Shown: positions 57,790 through 64,000 of the stretch, piece after piece
Numbering within the stretch: the stretch's first letter is position 1
Layout: each line of letters opens with the position of its first letter
Origin: Amoebidium appalachense
Lineage: Eukaryota; Protista; Ichthyosporea
NCBI GenBank assembly: GCA_963693365.1
Contig: CAVNZM010000001.1
Location: 9,936,907 to 10,000,906 of the forward strand
Length of the DNA stretch: 64,000 nt
Direction of reading: 5' to 3'
The notes under the pieces: model-generated
Told to the model about the DNA's origin: nothing
The model's database searches: none
The model's input: only the letters and a program-made list of their open reading frames with translations
Translations under genes and position numbers: made by a program

Positions 57790-58866
57790 CACCTAAGTAC
57801 ACTCTGCACCACCCTAAGTACACTGTGGTGCACAGCCCCACTGTCCTAAGTACACGTCTGCACCACCCTAAGTACACTGTGGTGCACAGCCCCACCCTAA
57901 GTACACCTCTGCACCGCCCTAAGTACACCTCTGCACCGCCCTAAGTACACTCTGCACCACCCTAAGTACACGTCTGCACCACCCTAAGTACACGTCTGCA
58001 CCACCCTAAGTACACTCTGCACCACCCTAAGTACACGTCTGCACCACCCTAAGTACACGTCTGCACCACCCTAAGTACACGTCTGCACCACCCTAAGTAC
58101 ACGTCTGCACCACCCTAAGTACACGTCTGCACCACCCTAAGTACACGTCTGCACCACCCTAAGTACACCTCTGCACCACCCTAAGTACACCTCTGCACCA
58201 CCCTAAGTACACGTCTGCACCACCCTAAGTACACGTCTGCACCACCCTAAGTACACGTCTGCACCACCCTAAGTACACGTCTGCACCACCCTAAGTACAC
58301 GTCTGCACCACCCTAAGTACACCTCTGCACCACCCTAAGTACACCTCTGCACCACCCTAAGTACACCTCTGCACCACCCTAAGTACACCTCTGCACCACC
58401 CTAAGTACACCTCTGCACCACCCTAAGTACACCTCTGCACCACCCTAAGTACACCTCTGCACCACCCTAAGTACACGTCTGCACCGCCCTAAGTACACTC
58501 TGCACAGCCCTAAGTACACTCTGCACAGCCCCACCCTAAGTACACTCTGCACAGCCCCACCCTAAGTACACTCTGCACCACCCTAAGTACCTCTACACCA
58601 TCCTAAGTACACGTCTGCACAGCCCCACCCTTTAAGTACACGTCTGCACCACCCTAAGTACACTCTGCACAGCCCCACCCTTTAAGTACACTCTGCACAG
58701 CCCCACCCTAAGTACACTCTGCACCACCCTAAGTACCTCTACACCATCCTAAGTACACGTCTGCACAGCCCCACCCTTTAAGTACACGTCTGCACCACCC
58801 TAAGTACACTCTGCACAGCCCCACCCTTTAAGTACACGTCTGCACAGCCCCACCCTAAGTACACTC
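57790..58866 (+). repeat. ~1.1-kb minisatellite of 21-28-bp units, consensus CTGCACCACCCTAAGTACAC(G/C)T
   Basis: Roughly 45-50 units; regular 22-mers in the centre, variants at the edges; most units contain CCCTAA. Lies between convergent genes. Confidence 0.97.
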
Positions 58867-58943
58867 AATGTTAAGTACATCTGCACACAAGCACTAGAAT
58901 AGCCTGAGGCTACTCTCTAATAGCGGCCCCTTTTTTCACCGTG

Positions 58944-59588
58944 TCAAGGCCAGTTGATATCTCCGTCTGAAGACTCGGAAGACGCCCCAGAGCTGCTGGC
59001 TTCACTGGCTCGTGCCCTTTTCTGCTGTCCCCGTGTCAAGGTCTTGGACTCGGAAGACGAGTACTCCTCATGTTCTGACCGCCGTCCCCGTGTCAAGGTC
59101 TTGTACCAACTTGAAGCTAACGCGGCCCGAGACACAGGCACTCCTGGAGGAAGGTAATCCTCCTCCGACCCAGAGCTTCTGACTTCCTCTCGTGTCCTCT
59201 TCTGCTGTCTTCGTGGTTTCTCCCGTGTCTTGGACCCCTGTGTGATGTGCAAACGTGAGCGCTGCAGGGGCAGGGGGGCCAAGTCCACGGGATAGGCGCT
59301 GCCATGCTCGCCAGCACGAAGTGCAGGTGCCGCTGCCAGGACAGGGGGTGCCACGGTCAGCGCTGGGGGTGCCACGGTCAGCGCTGGGGGTGCCACGGTC
59401 AGCGCTGGGGGTGCCACGGTTGCTGCTGTAGTGGTGCGCTTGCTTAAAGCCATGCGGGCGTGCCTAGCAAGGGCGCACGCGAAACGGGTCTGGGTGTCCC
59501 GCAGGACCTTTGCATCCTCCTCCAAAGTCTTGAGTCTTGTCTCTATTTTTTTAGCGCGCCTTTCTAGATCTTTGATGTTAGAACTCAT
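58944..59588 (-). CDS. Hypothetical protein, N-terminal coiled coil, (TVAPPAL)n repeats, Ser/Arg-rich tail, 214 aa
   Basis: ATG at 59588 (MSSNIKDLERRAKKIETRLKTLEEDAK); 21-bp in-frame repeats; TATA and CCAAT motifs upstream. Confidence 0.75.
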   Translation of the reverse strand: MSSNIKDLERRAKKIETRLKTLEEDAKVLRDTQTRFACALARHARMALSKRTTTAATVAPPALTVAPPALTVAPPALTVAPPVLAAAPALRAGEHGSAYPVDLAPLPLQRSRLHITQGSKTREKPRRQQKRTREEVRSSGSEEDYLPPGVPVSRAALASSWYKTLTRGRRSEHEEYSSSESKTLTRGQQKRARASEASSSGASSESSDGDINWP

Positions 59589-59671
59589 TTTCGTGACAGT
59601 TGGATGTACGTTGTGTGCCAAGGGAGAAGCTAGCTAACATGGAAAAGGTGTGTGGATTGAAGAGAGTATGG

Positions 59672-59684
59672 GCTTTTATATGCC
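59672..59684 (-). promoter_or_regulatory. TATA-box element GGCATATAAAAGC with a cluster of CCAATC boxes
   Basis: About 85 bp upstream of ATG 59588; GATTGG on the plus strand at ~59721, 59753, 59782, 59865 and 59913. Confidence 0.65.
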
Positions 59685-60274
59685 GTGCCCGGCTTTGGCA
59701 TCAGATGCTTTATTGCATTAGATTGGTTGGATATACCCCAGCCGCGACGCTTGATTGGATCTAGAGATCGCGTGAATATCTGATTGGCTAATTGTCATTT
59801 GGGCATCTTGGTGTATCCGATAAGTTGGGGCTCAACCAAATCTGCTGACTGATTGATGAATTCTGATTGGATCAACAAGAGCATGTTTTGACTTGAGAAT
59901 TGTCATTTGACAGATTGGATTGTAATCCGATCTTTGCAACTTGGCCGTCAGTGTTTGAACACAATGTATTTTGATGTAGCAACTCCTAAAAAAACACGAA
60001 TATGCTTCCCAACAATTACGAGCATTATTCTGTCTATCAGGGATACAAAAATTGGTCAGGAAAAGTACACAATCACATGGTGCTGACTGCTTGAACACGA
60101 TGTCAACTGATAGCGAATCGGTGCACTGCCTGCTGGGAACAACATGTCACTTTTTGAGCAGCACTTAGGAAACTCGCGCTCACGTGGATCCAATACTTAT
60201 ACACCAACCAGAAGTGTGCGCACAAAAAGGGGTCCGAGCTGGATACAAATGGCTTGGTGTGTGTGTGTGTGTGT

Positions 60275-60490
60275 TTTATTTTGCACTGTGTAAGGAGCGC
60301 TTTTTTTGTTCACACTGCTTTACTTTGTAAATAATCAGTGGCGAGTTTTTTTAGTTCACGGTGTGTTTGCGCATCATAGGATTTTGCTTTATTTTGCATT
60401 GTGTAAGAGGAACGTTTTTTTTTTGGGTCACACTTTTGCTTCGTAAAAATAAGAGGGACGTTTTTTTTGTTCACACTGCTTTGCTTCGTG
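60275..60490 (+). repeat. Degenerate T-rich repeats upstream of the 60536 gene
   Basis: Recurring TTTATTTTGCA.TGTGTAAG and TTTTTTTGTTCACACTGCTTT blocks. Confidence 0.6.
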
Positions 60491-60535
60491 GATAAAAACT
60501 AAACACCTCCTGCCCAACCGGCTGCAAACGACACA

Positions 60536-60898
60536 ATGGATGAAAGTTTAACAGTCACACAGCGCCAAGATGCACACACCGAGCAGCTGCAAGAGACCAA
60601 CAAGATGCTGAAGGAGGCCAACGAGGGGCTGCACGGGCTGATCCAGCAGCTGAGGGAGTTGAACAACGACATGGACAAGGACAACGACGCGCTGCGCACA
60701 ATGAACAAGAACCAGCGGGAGGTGATCAAGGGCCTGCAAGAGGAGCGCAACAAGGTGTGCGAAGAGAACAAGAATTTGGTGGTGGAGAACCAAGAGCTGC
60801 AGCTGGAAAACGACAAGCTGAAGAAGCAAAAGGACTTTCTACGGGCCTGTCTCATACGGCTGGGCCAGTCCGCTAAGACTCCGGATGAAACGGATTGA
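60536..60898 (+). CDS. Hypothetical coiled-coil protein, 120 aa
   Basis: Continuous heptads (LQETNKMLKEANEGL, ENKNLVVENQELQLENDKLKK); strong GC3 codon bias against AT-rich flanks. Confidence 0.8.
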   Translation: MDESLTVTQRQDAHTEQLQETNKMLKEANEGLHGLIQQLRELNNDMDKDNDALRTMNKNQREVIKGLQEERNKVCEENKNLVVENQELQLENDKLKKQKDFLRACLIRLGQSAKTPDETD

Positions 60899-60956
60899 TA
60901 CAATCATGAGGGATAACACTTGCGAGTGATTTCATTCTGTTACTTAGTATGTATTA

Positions 60957-61259
60957 ACGTCTAAGCTTGATGAAAACAAACCCGTGGCTGCTAACCATTG
61001 GCCGGGTATAGATCTAACCAAAAAAGGAAGGCACAACAAATTAGTGCCCTGCACACAGAGCATGCCTATAGGCTGTTTAGACACCACACGTGTAGGGCAC
61101 TGCCTCTTGGCACCAACCAGAAGAGGGTAGAAATCAGTGCCCTGCACACGGAGCATGCCTATAGGCTGTTTAGACACCACACGTGTAGGGCACTGCCTCT
61201 TGGCACCAACCAGAAGAGGGTAGAAATCAGTGCCCTGCACACGGGGCATGCCTATAGGC
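60957..61259 (-). repeat. Inverted copy of ~55125-55425 (80-bp unique flank plus ~2.3 units of a 93-bp variant of the 92-bp repeat)
   Basis: ACGTCTAAGCTTGATGAAAACAAACCCGTGGCTGCTAACCATTGGCCGGGTATAGATCTAACC is the reverse complement of the end of 55345-55425; GTGCCCTGCACAC at 61044, 61137 and 61230. Confidence 0.95.
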
Positions 61260-61408
61260 AGTGATGGGGTGAGTAGGATGAGTAGCTTGAGTACCTACTC
61301 ATCTGGTCTCCCCCCGGGTGTTCCAATTTCCTTTTGGATTGAGATTTAGGTATACCCGTAGCCCACAGTAGATGAGTACGTACTCATCCTACTCATCCTA
61401 ACTCACTA
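61259..61408. mobile_element. ~150-bp foldback / MITE-like element abutting the inverted array
   Basis: AGTGATGGGGTGAGTAGGATGAGTA / TACTCATCCTACTCATCCTAACTCACT inverted ends, with inner TACTCATCT / AGATGAGTA; no TSD seen. Confidence 0.55.
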
Positions 61409-61804
61409 TATGACAATTGCATATTTTTATACCTAAAAAGGAAACCTTTACCATATTTGGTCGAGTAACATCTAGTGTGGGACACTTGTCTGTGTTACTC
61501 AGAATCAGTACCTTGAGTAAGATAATTATTGTTACTCTGAGTCAGTGCAACAAGTTTCAGGTGACGTGTATCTGCTTATACTTATATATATATATATCCT
61601 GAGTGTAGGGCTGGCTCCCTAATGGACACTCCAAACCCACATATTTGTAACAATATTATCGACCATAATCCCAACGCACACCAGACATGTGCTCCGATGA
61701 CTCCCTGGCTGTGGGCCTCCTTATATTCACATGCTGCGCCATCCAGGGCACAGTTGCACCTTCACCGGCAGTTGCACACACACACGCACTGCGCGATACC
61801 TGCA

Positions 61805-62323
61805 TTATTCTCTACACTGCCGCCTATTTTTCTGTACTGATTCATATAACTGCAGCGACAGAATGTCGCACCCCATGTCATGCCAAAGGAAGTCCTTCAA
61901 AAAGTCGATTCGCAGAAGGGTTGTTCGTTTTCTCTTTGCCTCCATGGGGACAGCTCGTCCCTCGCTCATGCCCTCCTCCTCCGTCGGATCCCTCGGTGGC
62001 AGCAGCGACAGCGTGGTGTCCCAGCGCTCCCAGGTCAGCCGAAACGACTTGCCCCAATCCAGGTCGATGGTCACCACATCCCCGGCCCCCTCCAGTGGAC
62101 ACGTCGAAAACACCAGGTGGTTGAGTCCAGTCCTGTTCGACGTTTCCACCGACTGCAGCGGCAGCATCGTGTCCGACAGCATCGTGTCGCCCTTGCCGAG
62201 TCTTGCGTGGAGCTGTAGCGGCCGGCTTGCCACCCTCCCGGCGCCGTTCGAGTCGAACGTCATGTTGGATACAAGCAGCGACAGCCGATTGACAAATAGC
62301 TTCAGGTCCTGCTCAAAAGCCAT
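61805..62323 (-). CDS. Hypothetical protein, 172 aa
   Basis: ATG at 62323 (MAFEQDLKLFVNRL); TATAAAAGC ~50 bp upstream (62374-62382); GC3-rich codons; KRKR motif. Confidence 0.65.
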   Translation of the reverse strand: MAFEQDLKLFVNRLSLLVSNMTFDSNGAGRVASRPLQLHARLGKGDTMLSDTMLPLQSVETSNRTGLNHLVFSTCPLEGAGDVVTIDLDWGKSFRLTWERWDTTLSLLPPRDPTEEEGMSEGRAVPMEAKRKRTTLLRIDFLKDFLWHDMGCDILSLQLYESVQKNRRQCRE

Positions 62324-62963
62324 GGTCGGTTCTGGTGCAGATGCAGACTGGCAGCTCCCCGTGTCAGACACACGCTTTTATACCCTCCAGAGTCCCCGCC
62401 TGCGTCGGCGCACACTCATTCGCAAGATGCCAGTTCTCGAGGCGCTGCATGACCACGAGTGCGCGCTTGCGTGTTTCGGTGTGTGTGTACGTGGGCCCGA
62501 ATCGGGGTGTGAGGTGCTGAGCGTGCGCTGTTGCACAAGCATGTGGACCGCAGGTGTGCGACCGGGAGACATTGTGGTGGCGTGCGAGATCAAGCGCGCA
62601 GAATCCGGGTGGCGCAAGGTGTCCCTCGAGCTCGAGGAGGGTGCGTGGACCAGCAACCTGTGCGCGGCAGGGTGCAAGCGGAGAAAGTGGTTTCACAGGG
62701 GTTGTGCAGGGCAAGCGCCCAAAATTTTGGGGTAGAGGTCATGTCAAAACGAAGAGGTCGGTCCAAAAAGAGGGGTCACAGACGTGCAAGGAAGTACGTG
62801 TTTGCCAACGAGTTCATGCCAAAATACCGGAGGCTGGCCCTTCGACAAATTGTGCGAGTAAAGCGAAAAACACACTGAGATTTATTCTGTCGACATCGAT
62901 GTTGGAAAAATCACATACCATTATGCACATAACCACCGACCCGAATTTGCCCCTAAAGTGACA

Positions 62964-63148
62964 ACCCGAGATTACATCAATGACAAATATACGATTCTAC
63001 AACCCCGAATGAATTCTATCACTTGCACACGAAACAAGTACCCGAGAAATCACATCAATGACAAATATACGATTCTACAACCCCGAATGAATTCTATCAC
63101 TTGCACACGAAACAAGTACCCGAGAAATTACATCAATGACAAATATAC
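62964..63148 (+). repeat. 78-bp tandem repeat, ~2.4 copies
   Basis: CATCAATGACAAATATAC at 62975, 63053 and 63131. Confidence 0.9.
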
Positions 63149-63176
63149 ACAGACACAGCATCACCACGGCCATCCC

Positions 63177-64000
63177 CTACGGGCCCTGCTTCTGGCAGTC
63201 CTTCTTGTGCTCACCCCAATCGCGGGTCTGGCAGTCCCTGCTGCAGTAGTAGACGTGCTTACAGGCCGAGCACTTCTTGGTGCGCCCGGTCGAGCCGCAG
63301 GTGGCACAGACGACAGAGGGCAGCTTGTCGATGAAGTGCTTGACGGCCCGGTTGCACCATTCATACATACACATGTTGTCCATGTCGTACTCCGTGGACA
63401 CGGGAAGAGTGCTCACCGCAAACTCCGCAATCTGAAGAACAGCCTCGGGCGTGGTGTGCTCGAGGCCGGAAGACGCGCACAGTACATGAAGCATCATTCT
63501 GAAGACAATACCGGCGCCCGTGCTGATGTTTCCGGCATAGAGGGCATTGTAGTCCCGCTCCTCCAGCACGTAGCGGTGGAAGACACAGTAGTGCCTAAAA
63601 CACGCGAAGTAGGCAGCCATGTTGCGTTCGGCCGCAGTCACCGTTGGGTCGTTCACCCATCTCCGCTCCTCTATAGCACGCATCTCGCCCGCCAGGGTAG
63701 CCTCGCATTCCATGTAGCGCTCCTTGTTGCGAAACACACGCAGGTCGCCGCACTCCAGAACTTTTAGCATCAGGTTGCAGACCGGGTCCGAGTGGAAACG
63801 CAAGTGGCTGTCCATGGTGTAGACCACGACCTCGTTTTTCGACACCGTTGGGTCTTGGTGGGTGGGTTGCTCCTTGCAGTCCTTCTTGTGCTCGGGCCAC
63901 TTTTGTTTCATACAGATGTCATTGCAGAAGTAGGCGTTTCTGCAGCGGGTGCACTTCTTTGTGTCGACGGGCGAGCGGCACTGGAGACATGACACGGAAG
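63177..64000 (-). CDS. Protein with two MYND zinc fingers, 5' end outside the window
   Basis: CLQC..CTRC..YFCNDICMKQKWPEHKKDC at the N-terminus and CATC..CSAC..YYCSRDCQTRDWGEHKKDC at the C-terminus; no intron; frame open to the window edge. Confidence 0.9.
   Translation of the reverse strand, partial: SVSCLQCRSPVDTKKCTRCRNAYFCNDICMKQKWPEHKKDCKEQPTHQDPTVSKNEVVVYTMDSHLRFHSDPVCNLMLKVLECGDLRVFRNKERYMECEATLAGEMRAIEERRWVNDPTVTAAERNMAAYFACFRHYCVFHRYVLEERDYNALYAGNISTGAGIVFRMMLHVLCASSGLEHTTPEAVLQIAEFAVSTLPVSTEYDMDNMCMYEWCNRAVKHFIDKLPSVVCATCGSTGRTKKCSACKHVYYCSRDCQTRDWGEHKKDCQKQGP

Larger units (their letters stand above)
53677..64000. mobile_element. Left part of a putative endogenous DNA virus or giant mobile element, running off the window
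   Basis: Abrupt loss of host microsatellites, compact intronless genes, large palindrome, several tandem arrays, internal inverted repeats, shared promoter motif, MYND gene. No hallmark replication, capsid or integrase gene in the window; left boundary approximate. Confidence 0.6.

Noticed and set aside
57790-58866. 22-bp array as a CRISPR array or true chromosome telomere
   Set aside because: No spacers; it is internal and flanked by genes on both sides.
61731-63767. Plus-strand ORFs of 334 and 269 aa
   Set aside because: They largely overlap better-supported minus-strand genes, and the second begins in a 78-bp tandem repeat. A small real gene within 62400-62880 cannot be excluded.

Overview
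Eukaryotic nuclear DNA in two very different parts. Bases 1 to ~53,600 are host-like and packed with G/C homopolymers and (CA)/(GT)/(CT)/(GA) microsatellites, so most entries in the ORF track there are artefacts. This part holds four real genes: an 8-exon protein arginine methyltransferase (minus, 4373-11776), an intronless PKA-like AGC kinase (17162-18421), an intronless APC/CAT-family amino acid permease (minus, 25938-27569) and an 8-exon secreted S41-type peptidase (minus, 42146-50186). It also has a 5-copy dispersed repeat family, a MITE and some relics. From ~53,680 to the window end the microsatellites almost vanish and a virus-like or giant-element-like block begins. It opens with a 368-bp near-perfect GC-rich palindrome with nested hairpins, followed by GC-box/E-box repeats and a 92-bp tandem array. 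That array and its ~80-bp flank recur inverted at 60957-61259, enclosing ~5.5 kb with three compact coiled-coil genes (one split by a solo LTR with a 5-bp TSD) and a ~1.1-kb array of 22-bp CCCTAA-containing repeats. Further intronless genes follow, including a double-MYND-finger protein cut by the window edge. No capsid, polymerase, integrase or transposase gene is visible, so the element class is inferred, not shown. The host species cannot be determined from this window.
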